Positions 16,432 to 26,088 of a stretch of DNA of 64,000 nucleotides are shown here, piece after piece. The notes beneath the pieces were generated by a model. That model did not search any database. It saw nothing but the letters and a program-made list of their open reading frames with translations, and was not told the origin of the DNA. Position 1 is the stretch's first letter. Every line of letters starts with the position of its first letter. The position numbers and the translations under genes are program-made. The stretch comes from a virus (taxonomy: Duplodnaviria; Heunggongvirae; Uroviricota; Caudoviricetes): IMG/VR virus record IMGVR_UViG_3300031576_000029, positions 1-64,000 of that record. One strand, written 5' to 3'.

Positions 16432-18566
16432 AATACAATCCATTAATTTATGGTAAAAATCAAATTGAGAATATTGTATCCATTGAACTTCAAGATGGAT
16501 GTGCTGAGATATTTTTAGAAGATTCTAAGGGTATAAAAACAGAAGTTATACCTACTAAATATAATTGGATACTTTCTTATAAACCACTTGATTCGTCATG
16601 GATAAAACTTAAAGGAGATCTCCATTATTGTTGGGGCAAACAATATGAATCCAAAAGAGAATTTTTAACAGACAGAAGTCGATATAAGAATCAAGATATT
16701 TTTTCGATTTATAACGAAAAAGAAGCCTTTATGATTAATAAAGGTGTAACGTATTTTAAGGGAATGAAATATACTGATGTATCTGTACTCGCTTTTGATA
16801 TTGAAGCAACAACACTTGAACATGACGACAAAGCCAAAGTTCTTCTTATTGCAAATACATTCTGTAAAAATGGAAAAATAGAAAGAAAATTATTTGCTTA
16901 TGATCAATATAAAAACGATGCGAAATTTTTTGATGCTTGGTGTTCATGGGTTAGAGAAATTAATCCCTCGGTTATAACTGGGCATAACATTGTTATATAT
17001 GATTTGCCCTATTTATATTTTTGTGCTAGTAAAGCAGGTACAACATTGGATTTAGGTAGAGATGGTTCATCTATTCGTTTTAATATCTATGATTCGAAAT
17101 TAAGAAAAGACGGAAGTCAATTTTATACATATAGAAAATGTCATATTTATGGAAGAGAAATAATTGATACATTTTTTTTAGCTTTGAAATATGATGTAGC
17201 CAGAAATTATGAGAGTTATAGTTTAAAACAAATTATTAAACAAGAAAATATGGAAGTAAAAGATCGACAATTTTATGATGCATTCCAAATAAGGAATAAT
17301 TATAAAATATTCTCAGAATGGAATAAAATCAAAAAATACGCAGAACATGATGGAGATGATGCTCTTGCTTTATATAATCTAATGATTCCGAGTTTTTTTT
17401 ATTTAACACAGCATATTCCTAAACCTTTTCAATTAATGATCGAAAGTGCAGCCGGTAGTCAAATTAATGCTTTTTTAATAAGAAGTTATTTACAAGACAG
17501 TCATTCTATTCCCAAATCTACTCCTACATATAAATTTGAAGGAGCAATTAGTTTGGGTAATCCTGGAATATATCATCATGCAATGAAAGTGGATATCAGT
17601 TCTCTCTATCCAAATATTATTCTTACATATGATTTATATGATGTAAAAAAAGATCCTAATCAAAATTTTTTAAAAGCAGCTCAATATTTCACTGAAGAGC
17701 GATTAAAAAATAAAAAGCTAGCCAATGAAACAAATGAAAGATATTATAGAGATATAGAACAATCCCAAAAAATTGTTATTAATTCATTTTATGGATTTAT
17801 GGCAGCAGATGGATTAAATTTTAATAGTCCATCAAATGCTGAATTTATTACAAAGAAGGGTAGAGAAATTTTACAAAAAACCATAGATTGGGTGAATAAT
17901 AATAAATATACATTGATTAATGCTGATACTGATTCTGTTACTATATGTAATGGTGGGGGGTTAGATGAATTACAACAACAAGAAATTCTTAATAATATTA
18001 ATTCTTTATTTCCTAAGTCTATTCGATTCACACATGATGGTTATTTTCAACATGTTCTTGTTGTAAAGGCGAAAAATTATGTTCTTGATACTGGAGATAA
18101 ATTAAAAATAAAAGGTAGCGCTCTTAAAGCTACACATAAAGAAAAAGCTATACAAGATTTTATTAAAGAATTTATACAAGCTTTATTGAGCAATAAAACA
18201 GAAGAACTCATTTCTATATATCATAACTATATAAAAGAATGCACAAATATTACTGATATAAAAAGATGGACATCTAAAAAAACAATTACTTCAAAAGTAT
18301 TAAATCCACATAGGACCAATGAAGCAAAAATTCTTGCTGCTATTGAAGAAGATGGAGATACACATCAAGAAGGAGATAAAATCAAAGTATATTTTGATGT
18401 TAATGGTAATTTACGACAAGAAGAATTTTGGAATAACAATCATGATCCATATAGATTAATGGAAAAATTATTTAAAACTGTCAAAATATTTGAAAATGTT
18501 TTAGATAAAAGTTTGTTTATAAATTATTCTCTCAAAACAAAGAGAACGTTGTTAACACAAATATGA
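16419..18566 (+). CDS. Family B DNA polymerase
   Basis: Exo I FDIEAT, motif A DISSLYPNII, motif C NADTDSV. Confidence 0.9.
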   Translation: MGNLKYNPLIYGKNQIENIVSIELQDGCAEIFLEDSKGIKTEVIPTKYNWILSYKPLDSSWIKLKGDLHYCWGKQYESKREFLTDRSRYKNQDIFSIYNEKEAFMINKGVTYFKGMKYTDVSVLAFDIEATTLEHDDKAKVLLIANTFCKNGKIERKLFAYDQYKNDAKFFDAWCSWVREINPSVITGHNIVIYDLPYLYFCASKAGTTLDLGRDGSSIRFNIYDSKLRKDGSQFYTYRKCHIYGREIIDTFFLALKYDVARNYESYSLKQIIKQENMEVKDRQFYDAFQIRNNYKIFSEWNKIKKYAEHDGDDALALYNLMIPSFFYLTQHIPKPFQLMIESAAGSQINAFLIRSYLQDSHSIPKSTPTYKFEGAISLGNPGIYHHAMKVDISSLYPNIILTYDLYDVKKDPNQNFLKAAQYFTEERLKNKKLANETNERYYRDIEQSQKIVINSFYGFMAADGLNFNSPSNAEFITKKGREILQKTIDWVNNNKYTLINADTDSVTICNGGGLDELQQQEILNNINSLFPKSIRFTHDGYFQHVLVVKAKNYVLDTGDKLKIKGSALKATHKEKAIQDFIKEFIQALLSNKTEELISIYHNYIKECTNITDIKRWTSKKTITSKVLNPHRTNEAKILAAIEEDGDTHQEGDKIKVYFDVNGNLRQEEFWNNNHDPYRLMEKLFKTVKIFENVLDKSLFINYSLKTKRTLLTQI

Positions 18567-19177
18567 ATTTCAGAAGAGGACATGAGATTTTAAATATAGC
18601 TAAGAAGATATCATATAATATACTTCCGAATGAAAATGATGTATTTGAAGCACTAGATTTTTTTCCTCCAAAAGACACAAAAATTATCATTATAGGACAA
18701 GATCCTTATCCTAATAAAGATGATGCAATGGGATTAGCATTTTCTATTCGCCATAATAAAATTCCTCCATCGTTAAAAAATATATTTAAAGAATTACAAA
18801 ATGACTTGGGTTATGGCTATCCAAATACAGGCGATTTAACTTCATGGGCTGCACAAGGAATACTTCTTTTAAATAGTATCCTCACAGTAGAAGAAGGACA
18901 ATCTCTTTCTCATGTTAATATTGGATGGGAAGGATATACTAATGAATTAATTCAGAAAGTTATTGATTATAATAAGCCTTTAGTGATTATCTGTTGGGGT
19001 AATTACGCAAAAGAAAAGTTGAAAAATCTCCGAATTCATGATAATATATTAGTATTAACTGGTGGTCATCCGAGTCCGTTGAATCGAACAGGAAGTTTTT
19101 TTGGGAAAAAATATTTCTCTAAAGCAAACAAATGGTTAATAGAACATAACATTAAACCTATAGATTGGAAATTATGA
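18563..19177 (+). CDS. ung: Uracil-DNA glycosylase (family 1)
   Basis: IIIIGQDPYP water-activating loop and the HPSPLN motif. Confidence 0.85.
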   Translation: MNFRRGHEILNIAKKISYNILPNENDVFEALDFFPPKDTKIIIIGQDPYPNKDDAMGLAFSIRHNKIPPSLKNIFKELQNDLGYGYPNTGDLTSWAAQGILLLNSILTVEEGQSLSHVNIGWEGYTNELIQKVIDYNKPLVIICWGNYAKEKLKNLRIHDNILVLTGGHPSPLNRTGSFFGKKYFSKANKWLIEHNIKPIDWKL

Positions 19178-19455
19178 AAGATTTGTTTAAATCCGAAGAT
19201 TTTAAAGATTTAATTATTACCGCTTGTTATCAAAATAAAGAAGAATATCTTGAAACAATGAGAGTTGCTGCGGTATTAGCAAATCAGGTTTTTAACAAAT
19301 GGTTAGAAAAAGCTAAAACTGTATATAATACAGATCCAGATGAAGGGTGTTGGCAAGAAGGATGGGCATCTACTTCTACTGATGGATTACCTTCTGCTAA
19401 GTTAGTTTGTATTGAAGATAATGAGCAAGGTCCTAACACGAACTTGCAAGATTAA
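19165..19455 (+). CDS. Hypothetical protein
   Basis: 96-aa ORF. Confidence 0.4.
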   Translation: MEIMKDLFKSEDFKDLIITACYQNKEEYLETMRVAAVLANQVFNKWLEKAKTVYNTDPDEGCWQEGWASTSTDGLPSAKLVCIEDNEQGPNTNLQD

Positions 19456-19456
19456 T

Positions 19457-19813
19457 ATGAATAGAATTATACAATTAGCTAAAAAACTCAGTTATAAATC
19501 AGATCATAGAGCACACAAGCTTGGTTGTGTAATTGTTAACAAAAATAAAATTATATCATTGGGATGGAATAGAATTAAAACACATCCCAAATCTCCTCAT
19601 AAATTTAAATCAATTCATGCCGAATTTCATGCTATCTTAGGTGTAGATGAACGAGAATTAAATGGAGCGACTGTTTATATTTATAGAGAACAAAAGAATG
19701 GTAAACTAGGTAAAGCTCGTCCTTGTTCTAGTTGTTGGAAAATGTTAGAAAATGTAGGAATTTCTGAAATAATATATTCAGATTATGATGGAATGAAAAG
19801 AGAAAGGATATGA
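19457..19813 (+). CDS. dCMP deaminase, zinc-dependent
   Basis: HAEFHAI and PCSSCWKML zinc motifs. Start moved to the ATG at 19457, just after the stop of the previous gene. Confidence 0.8.
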   Translation: MNRIIQLAKKLSYKSDHRAHKLGCVIVNKNKIISLGWNRIKTHPKSPHKFKSIHAEFHAILGVDERELNGATVYIYREQKNGKLGKARPCSSCWKMLENVGISEIIYSDYDGMKRERI

Positions 19814-20595
19814 GCATTCCTAAAGATATTACTTCTAAACATTTAACAATTGATGCCTGGGCGATATTAAGTGGTTACAGAGGAAGTATAGCTCACGGAA
19901 TGTATGTTCCAAAAGATAATCCAAATAGTATTGATGATAAAGATGTTATGACAGTATTTCTAGCTCCATTTGATTATTATACTACATTAGAAACTCATGG
20001 GTTATCTCGCGGAACGAAAGAAATTTTGGAAGGTGAATGGGATGTTGTTTGTTACGAATTTAAAAAATTTATTAGTTTATTAATTAAAGGTAATCCAAAT
20101 GTTATTTCTTTATTATGGCTAGAACCTAATTATTATATTAAGGTAACTGATATAGGACAATCTTTATTGATTAATAGAGATGTATTTTCATCAAAGCAAA
20201 TTTATCATTCCTTTTCTGGATATGCTTATTCGCAATTAAAAAAAATGACAAGCTTTTCTTTTGAAGGATATATGGGAGAAAAACGAAAAAAATTAGTAGA
20301 AAAATTTGGATATGACTGTAAAAATGCAGCTCATTTAATTCGTCTTTTACGTATGGCTATAGAATTTTTGCATGAAGGGGTATTTTTTGTTCAAAGACCA
20401 GATGCTACTCAATTGCTAGATATTAAATTAGGAATGTGGTCACTAGATCAAGTTAAAAAAGAAGCTGAAAATTTATTTAAAAGGACAGAAGAAGCTTATG
20501 ATAAATCTAAGCTACCTAATCAAGTTGATTTGAAAAAAATAAATGAATTAATGGTTGATTGTTTTAAAGAACATTTTTATGGAGAATTCATATGA
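19810..20595 (+). CDS. Pol-beta-superfamily nucleotidyltransferase
   Basis: GS...(15 aa)...DDKDV pattern near the N-terminus, 261 aa. Immediately upstream of the RNA ligase. Confidence 0.45.
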   Translation: MSIPKDITSKHLTIDAWAILSGYRGSIAHGMYVPKDNPNSIDDKDVMTVFLAPFDYYTTLETHGLSRGTKEILEGEWDVVCYEFKKFISLLIKGNPNVISLLWLEPNYYIKVTDIGQSLLINRDVFSSKQIYHSFSGYAYSQLKKMTSFSFEGYMGEKRKKLVEKFGYDCKNAAHLIRLLRMAIEFLHEGVFFVQRPDATQLLDIKLGMWSLDQVKKEAENLFKRTEEAYDKSKLPNQVDLKKINELMVDCFKEHFYGEFI

Positions 20596-21683
20596 GCGAC
20601 TTTCGGGTAGAAATTACTGATATCAAAGCAGTAAGACATCATCCCAATGCTGATAGATTAGATATTGTAAATATATTTGGTTGGGAAGTTGTAACATCTA
20701 AAGATACTTATAAAGTTGGTGATAAAGTATGTTATTTTCCTGTTGATTGTATTATAAGTGAAGATTTGGAAAAAATATTGTTTCCTCCTGATTCTAAAAT
20801 TAAATTAACTAATAGACGTATTAAAAGTATAAAATTGCGCGGACAAATAAGTCAAGGAATGATTGCTAATCCTAAACTTATAGGAGTGGATCATTTTAAT
20901 ATCGATAAAAATGTAGCTGAGTATTTAAAATGTATTAAATATGAACCACCAGAAATATCTAAACCAAGAGGAATGCAGGTTAGATCCAAAAAACAAGTCA
21001 ATCCTAATTTTCGTAAATATACTGATATTCAAAATTATAAATATTATAATGAAGTATTTCAACAAGGGGAACTTGTTGTTATTACTGAAAAATGTCACGG
21101 CACCTCGTGGCGTGGAGGTTGGGTGAAAAACGATGCTAATACTTTGTGGAAGAAAATAAGAAAATTATTTGGTCGGCTTCCTGAATGGGAATTTGTTTGG
21201 GGAAGTCATAATGTTCAAATTCAAAATAAATTATTTCATAAGGGCTTTTATGATGTAGATGTATATTCGAAAATGGTTAAACAATATGATTTAAAAAATC
21301 TTATTCCAAAAGGTTATGTTCTTTATGGAGAAATAGTTGGTTATAATATTCAAAAGAATTTCCATTATGATTGTGTTCCAGGGGAACATAAACTCTTTTT
21401 ATTTGATGTAAAATTTAATGACAAATGGTTAGATTATGAAGATTTTAAAATTACAGTAGATGCTTTAAAATTATCTAGAGTTCCTGAATTATTTACTGGT
21501 CCATATGATCCGGCTATTGTTGATAAACTTAGAAGCGGAACTAGTATATTAGATGAAAATACCATTAAAGAAGGTATTGTAATTAAAACAATTAAAGAAA
21601 CAGAATGTTCACTTGGAAGAAAAATATTAAAATTTATAAATGATGAATATTATTTATTAAAAGACGGAACGGATTATCATTAG
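20592..21683 (+). CDS. Rnl2-family RNA ligase fused to an N-terminal Myf/EMAP-type tRNA-binding domain
   Basis: N-terminal HPNADRLDIVNI matches the tRNA-binding-domain signature. Ligase motif I EKCHGTS (KxHG as in Rnl2), motif IV LFLFDV, motif V KEGIVIK. Confidence 0.6.
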   Translation: MSDFRVEITDIKAVRHHPNADRLDIVNIFGWEVVTSKDTYKVGDKVCYFPVDCIISEDLEKILFPPDSKIKLTNRRIKSIKLRGQISQGMIANPKLIGVDHFNIDKNVAEYLKCIKYEPPEISKPRGMQVRSKKQVNPNFRKYTDIQNYKYYNEVFQQGELVVITEKCHGTSWRGGWVKNDANTLWKKIRKLFGRLPEWEFVWGSHNVQIQNKLFHKGFYDVDVYSKMVKQYDLKNLIPKGYVLYGEIVGYNIQKNFHYDCVPGEHKLFLFDVKFNDKWLDYEDFKITVDALKLSRVPELFTGPYDPAIVDKLRSGTSILDENTIKEGIVIKTIKETECSLGRKILKFINDEYYLLKDGTDYH

Positions 21684-21874
21684 TGGAAAAAACAGAACAA
21701 AAATTTCATAAAATATATGGTGTATGGCCGCATTTAGGTTGGGGAGTTATGATCGTATTATATACTCCAACCGAATGTGAATATGTTCATTTTACATTCG
21801 AAGATACAAATGAAAAACAAATAATCAATCAAAAACTTTGGGATGAATATAATTCAAATGAACGAATAAAATAA
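21683..21874 (+). CDS. Hypothetical protein
   Basis: 63-aa ORF. Confidence 0.35.
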   Translation: MEKTEQKFHKIYGVWPHLGWGVMIVLYTPTECEYVHFTFEDTNEKQIINQKLWDEYNSNERIK

Positions 21875-22866
21875 TGGGATTTTTCAAAGTTAAAAGTAAA
21901 AAGAAATTAATTGATCTTAAAGAAGGCGAACAAATTCCTGAAAGTGATTTTGCCTCAATTTGTCCAGATGGAACGTTTATTCAATTTGAATATACCGAAG
22001 AAGAATATAAATCTCAACCTTACGAAGTTAAACCTGGAATTTGGACTATACAAAAGACAAATCGTGGCTTAAAACTAGAACCAACATCTTTTGTCACTGA
22101 AAATATTTTAGAAAGTTTTATAAATACTAAAGAACTCATGAATAAGATTGGTTGTTTCTTTAGAAATTTTGATAAGTATAAGAAATACGGAATTGAAATA
22201 CCTAAAAGAGCAGCTTTATTATATGGTCCCGCAGGTGCAGGAAAATCTACTTCACTTATTAAAGTCTGTCAACACTATGCAAAAGATGGAACAACTACTA
22301 TTGTTATATGGCCTACAGATAAATTAGATCCTTATGAAGTCAAAGATTTTTTTAAAACATTCACTTATACTGATGTTCATAAAGTAATTATGATAGCTGA
22401 AGATATAGGTGGAGCTGAAGCAGAACATGTTAAAATAAAAAGTGTGAGCAGTTTATTATCTTTGTTAGATAATAAAGAAAAAATTTTTACTAAGCCTACA
22501 TTTATTATAGCTACAACAAATTTTCCGGAAAATTTCTTAGGTAATATAACTAATCGGCCCGGAAGATTTGATGATAAATTAGAAATGACATATCCTAATT
22601 CTGAAGCAAGATATGAACTTCTCAAATTTTTTGGACAAGGTGAGATTCCAGAAAATGTTTTACTTCAAATTAAACAAAAGAAATATTCTGAATTATCTGC
22701 AGCTCATATACACGAAGTGATTATTCGCTCTGCAATTCATGAAATTTCTATAGAAGATGCATTAGATGGCGTACAAAAAGAGATTGAAATATATAAAAAG
22801 AGTTTCGATAAGAAAAAATTAAGTAAGATTGGAATTACCAATTCTGTATATGAGGACGATGATTAA
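21874..22866 (+). CDS. Classic AAA-family ATPase
   Basis: Walker A LYGPAGAGKST, Walker B MIAEDIGG, and ATTNFPE...TNRPGRFDDKL in the sensor/second region of homology. Confidence 0.65.
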   Translation: MGFFKVKSKKKLIDLKEGEQIPESDFASICPDGTFIQFEYTEEEYKSQPYEVKPGIWTIQKTNRGLKLEPTSFVTENILESFINTKELMNKIGCFFRNFDKYKKYGIEIPKRAALLYGPAGAGKSTSLIKVCQHYAKDGTTTIVIWPTDKLDPYEVKDFFKTFTYTDVHKVIMIAEDIGGAEAEHVKIKSVSSLLSLLDNKEKIFTKPTFIIATTNFPENFLGNITNRPGRFDDKLEMTYPNSEARYELLKFFGQGEIPENVLLQIKQKKYSELSAAHIHEVIIRSAIHEISIEDALDGVQKEIEIYKKSFDKKKLSKIGITNSVYEDDD

Positions 22867-23120
22867 TGGTATTTAATTTACAAACTTATAAAAAAACAAA
22901 AATTGTTTCAAAAGATTTAGAAGAGATTTTAAAACACATTTTGATAATCAAAAAACTTCTAGCTAAATATACAAAATATACACCTGTAAAAGATCTATAT
23001 ACAAATATTCTACATAATGAAGCATTGTTGTATGGTTATCTTAAAAAATGTAGAGAAATAGTCAAAAACAAAGGATCTATGGATGAAATAAAAAACCCCA
23101 AAACGCAAAATATTATATAA
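22866..23120 (+). CDS. Hypothetical protein
   Basis: 84-aa ORF. Confidence 0.35.
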   Translation: MVFNLQTYKKTKIVSKDLEEILKHILIIKKLLAKYTKYTPVKDLYTNILHNEALLYGYLKKCREIVKNKGSMDEIKNPKTQNII

Positions 23121-23167
23121 ATATATTAACTTTTAATAAAATATGATATAGTGTAACTGGAGACAAA

Positions 23168-23887
23168 ATGAAACCGAAAATTTTATTATATGATATAGAG
23201 ACAGCTCCTAATCTGGCCTACGTGTGGGGTAAATATGAACAAGATGTTATTGCTTATAAACAAGAATGGAACATGCTTTCATTTGCCTATAAATGGCTTG
23301 GTGAATCAGAAATAAAATGTGTTACTTTACAGGATTTTTCAGATAAAACCGATAAACATTTAGTAACAAAACTTCATAAACTTTTTAATGAAGCTGATGT
23401 AATTGTTGCACATAACGGTGATGAATTTGATCAAAAGAAAGCTAAGGCTCGATTTATTTATCATGGACTAAAGCCTACTAGAATTGTGCCCAGTATTGAT
23501 ACAAAGAAAGTCGCAAAAAAATATTTTAACTTCAATAGTAATAGTCTAAATGATCTTGGAGAACACCTTGGCCTAGGAACCAAAGTAAAACATTCTGGTT
23601 TTGATTTATGGCTTGGGTGTATGAACGGAGATCAGAAAAGTTGGAAGTTAATGGCGCGTTATAATAAGCAAGATGTTGTTCTTCTAGAAAAGATTTACAA
23701 TAAATTTCTTCCTTGGATGTATACTCATCCTAATATGTCATTGATTCGAAAACAAATTAAAGGATGTCCTAAATGTGGTTCACAGAATACTAAAAAAGAT
23801 GGAGTTAGAGCTAACTCACAAACATTACAACAACAACATCAATGTAAAGAGTGTGGAGGATATTTTCTTACTAGGTTATCAAAATGA
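23168..23887 (+). CDS. DEDD-type 3'-5' exonuclease with C-terminal zinc ribbon
   Basis: ILLYDIETAPN (Exo I), HNGDEFD (Exo II-like), and CPKCG...CKECGG. Confidence 0.5.
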   Translation: MKPKILLYDIETAPNLAYVWGKYEQDVIAYKQEWNMLSFAYKWLGESEIKCVTLQDFSDKTDKHLVTKLHKLFNEADVIVAHNGDEFDQKKAKARFIYHGLKPTRIVPSIDTKKVAKKYFNFNSNSLNDLGEHLGLGTKVKHSGFDLWLGCMNGDQKSWKLMARYNKQDVVLLEKIYNKFLPWMYTHPNMSLIRKQIKGCPKCGSQNTKKDGVRANSQTLQQQHQCKECGGYFLTRLSK

Positions 23888-24081
23888 TTAGTAAAGAACA
23901 TCAAATAGTAATAATAGCGTATTTAGAAGCAAAACTTGGTCTTGAAGAAGAATGGTATATTACACCACAAGATGTATTCTTTAATAGAACACCAAATGAA
24001 ATTGTTATGGTAGGTGAGGGAGATCAAGTAATAATGTTTTTAGAAGTAAGACTAGGATTAAGACCAGGAATTGCTTTTTGA
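23884..24081 (+). CDS. Hypothetical protein
   Basis: 65-aa ORF. Confidence 0.35.
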   Translation: MISKEHQIVIIAYLEAKLGLEEEWYITPQDVFFNRTPNEIVMVGEGDQVIMFLEVRLGLRPGIAF

Positions 24082-24238
24082 CATTTCTAATAAATATGCT
24101 AGTTGTTTGTGCTCTTTATTTTGATGGGCCAATTATTAAAGGCAAAATTGTTGCGCAAAATAAAGAATTCTTATTTGTTAAAACAGGTGCGGGAGACATT
24201 TATATGGTAAGTCCAATGCTTTGTGGTATATTGAAATA

Positions 24239-24450
24239 AACTGAGGCGGTGTAGGGCTGTGGTTGACAAGCCTATGTCAAGTAATTCCGAAGTCTGCGAA
24301 GGGACGGTGAGCCATTAGGACACACAGTAGGATGTTTCGTCTGGCCCAGGAAGCGATTCGCTACGAAAAAGTAAGTACTGCGAACATTAGATCTATATTC
24401 GTAGCTACAGATCTTAAAAAAGCCAGATGCCGGGGTCGCGTCCGGCCCTC
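24239..24450 (+). other. About 210-nt GC-rich, ORF-free island; candidate structured ncRNA containing the palindromic box TTGACAAGCCTATGTCAA
   Basis: It sits in the largest intergenic gap of the window. G+C is far above the genome background. The 5' end TGAGGCGG can pair with the 3' end CCGGCCCTCA. Internal hairpins include GCCGG-ggtcgcgt-CCGGC and GCTACG..CGTAGC. Confidence 0.3.
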
Positions 24451-24464
24451 AGTTAATTAAATAT

Positions 24465-24492
24465 ATTGACAAATGTTGTAATTAATGTATAA
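24465..24492 (+). promoter_or_regulatory. Near-consensus sigma70 promoter: TTGACA, 16-nt spacer, TATAAT
   Basis: Perfect -35 and -10 hexamers. An AAGGAG ribosome-binding site and an ATG at 24513 follow. Confidence 0.6.
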
Positions 24493-24512
24493 TAAAACAA
24501 TAAGGAGATCAA

Positions 24513-24713
24513 ATGAAACTATATGAATATGTTGTATTCTTCAATCCGAAAAATACTGATAAGAAAAAGCATGAAGAAGCTAAAATTCTAGTTGGTCCTA
24601 AAACAGTACTAACTAATGATGAAAAGACTGCTATGTTAATAGCTGGTAGAGAAATTCCTGAGAGTTTCTTAAATAGGCTAGATCAAGTAGAGGTAGCTGT
24701 ACGTTCTTTTTAA
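24513..24713 (+). CDS. Hypothetical protein
   Basis: 66-aa ORF with a strong promoter and ribosome-binding site. Confidence 0.5.
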   Translation: MKLYEYVVFFNPKNTDKKKHEEAKILVGPKTVLTNDEKTAMLIAGREIPESFLNRLDQVEVAVRSF

Positions 24714-24878
24714 GAGGGAGAAAAGTCGAGGAACAGCCTTCTTCTCCATCGTATCAATTTAGAAATGATTTGTTCCAACCAACATATACAATATCAACAA
24801 GTGCTACAGAATATTCACTACCAACAACTGTATATGCTTCCGCTAATAGTTTAAATCTTAACCAAAAGGAGCTAATCA

Positions 24879-25130
24879 ATGTCAAATGAACAAGTAAAAA
24901 AAGATAATTTTAAATTTGTTGTAGGAGATAATTTTTTGAATCCTCTCATGGATTATCTTGTGAAAAGACCTTATTCTGAAGTATATCAACTTATGGATTA
25001 CATCAGAAGTCTACAACCAGTTAACAAAACACCAGTAAAAGAGAATACTGCAGAATCTAATAATGGTTCTGCAGAAGAAAAAACTCCTGTGACTGTAACC
25101 GAAGAAGAAACACCTATTGTTAATGCGTAA
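24879..25130 (+). CDS. Hypothetical protein
   Basis: 83-aa ORF with an AGGAG ribosome-binding site. Confidence 0.45.
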   Translation: MSNEQVKKDNFKFVVGDNFLNPLMDYLVKRPYSEVYQLMDYIRSLQPVNKTPVKENTAESNNGSAEEKTPVTVTEEETPIVNA

Positions 25131-25135
25131 TTTCA

Positions 25136-25510
25136 ATGTCTGGAGTAAAACATGACCAAGGTAAACCACGTTGCTCGCTTTTACCTTCCATTGCTTTATT
25201 AAAGATAGCTGAAATTCTTACATTTGGTGAAAAGAAATATAAAACTCATAACTGGAGAAAAGGCATGGCATGGAGTAGAATACTCGATGCTACTTATAGA
25301 CATTTACTTAAATACAACAATAATATAGCAACTCGTAAAGATAAAGAAACCAGAATTAGCCATCTTGCTCATGCTGCTACTAATTTATTATTTCTTATTG
25401 AATATGAGGAGTATAATATAGGTGAAGATGATTTATGGAAAGGACATGGAAATCATGAATTACCGAGAAGAAGTCCTCAAAACGGTAAACGTAAAACTAA
25501 ACCAACTTGA
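25136..25510 (+). CDS. dATP/dGTP diphosphohydrolase N-terminal-type domain protein; MazG-associated module
   Basis: HDQGKPR...YG..KY...NWRKG...RH pattern typical of the domain usually fused to MazG. Confidence 0.45.
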   Translation: MSGVKHDQGKPRCSLLPSIALLKIAEILTFGEKKYKTHNWRKGMAWSRILDATYRHLLKYNNNIATRKDKETRISHLAHAATNLLFLIEYEEYNIGEDDLWKGHGNHELPRRSPQNGKRKTKPT

Positions 25511-25772
25511 ACTTCTTATTAATGCCACATTAGGTTTAGCCGGTGAAGCTGGTGAAGTTTCAGATGTTGTTAAAAAGTATATATTTCATAAACATGTTCT
25601 TAATAAAGATGAATTAATTAAAGAATTAGGAGATTGTTTATGGTATATAGAAGTAATTTCCCATATTTTAGAAATCTCTACAGAAGAGGTGAAAAAACGT
25701 AATATAGAAAAACTTCGTAAGCGTTATCCAAATGGATTTACCGAAGAGGCTTCTATAAATCGAAATGAGTAA
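25422..25772 (+). CDS. mazG: MazG-like nucleotide pyrophosphohydrolase
   Basis: LGLAGEAGEV...KELGDCLWY EEXX(E/D) motifs. Overlaps the preceding ORF in the +1 frame. Confidence 0.6.
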   Translation: MKMIYGKDMEIMNYREEVLKTVNVKLNQLELLINATLGLAGEAGEVSDVVKKYIFHKHVLNKDELIKELGDCLWYIEVISHILEISTEEVKKRNIEKLRKRYPNGFTEEASINRNE

Positions 25773-26088
25773 AAAATATAATAGAGAAATTGATGAGAAG
25801 TATAGATTAGAAAATCTTGTTAGAGAACAAAAATCTATTATAAGACAATTAAATAAGAAACTTAGAAGAATTTCTAGAGGTTATAGAAGTTATTTAGATA
25901 AAGATATATTTGAAGAAGTAGAGTCAATAACTACTTCTAAAGAAATAGAAAAAGTTTGTTTTGAATGTGAAAAGGGAATTTTGGAATTAAAAATTCTCCT
26001 CAATAGAAGATGGCGTGAATGTAATATATGTTCCTATAGAACTAAAGTTAAAATCCAACAATCTGATGGATCATGGAAAAAAATGTAA
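25765..26088 (+). CDS. Hypothetical protein with CxxC pairs
   Basis: 107-aa ORF with CFECEKG...CNICSY. Confidence 0.4.
   Translation: MSKKYNREIDEKYRLENLVREQKSIIRQLNKKLRRISRGYRSYLDKDIFEEVESITTSKEIEKVCFECEKGILELKILLNRRWRECNICSYRTKVKIQQSDGSWKKM

Noticed and set aside
20941-21126. Nested 61-aa plus-strand ORF inside the RNA ligase gene
   Set aside because: It is an alternative frame of a gene with clear motifs in the main frame.
24096-24209. 37-aa ORF at the start of the large intergenic gap
   Set aside because: It is very short with no RBS. It ends before the GC-rich island and is not called.
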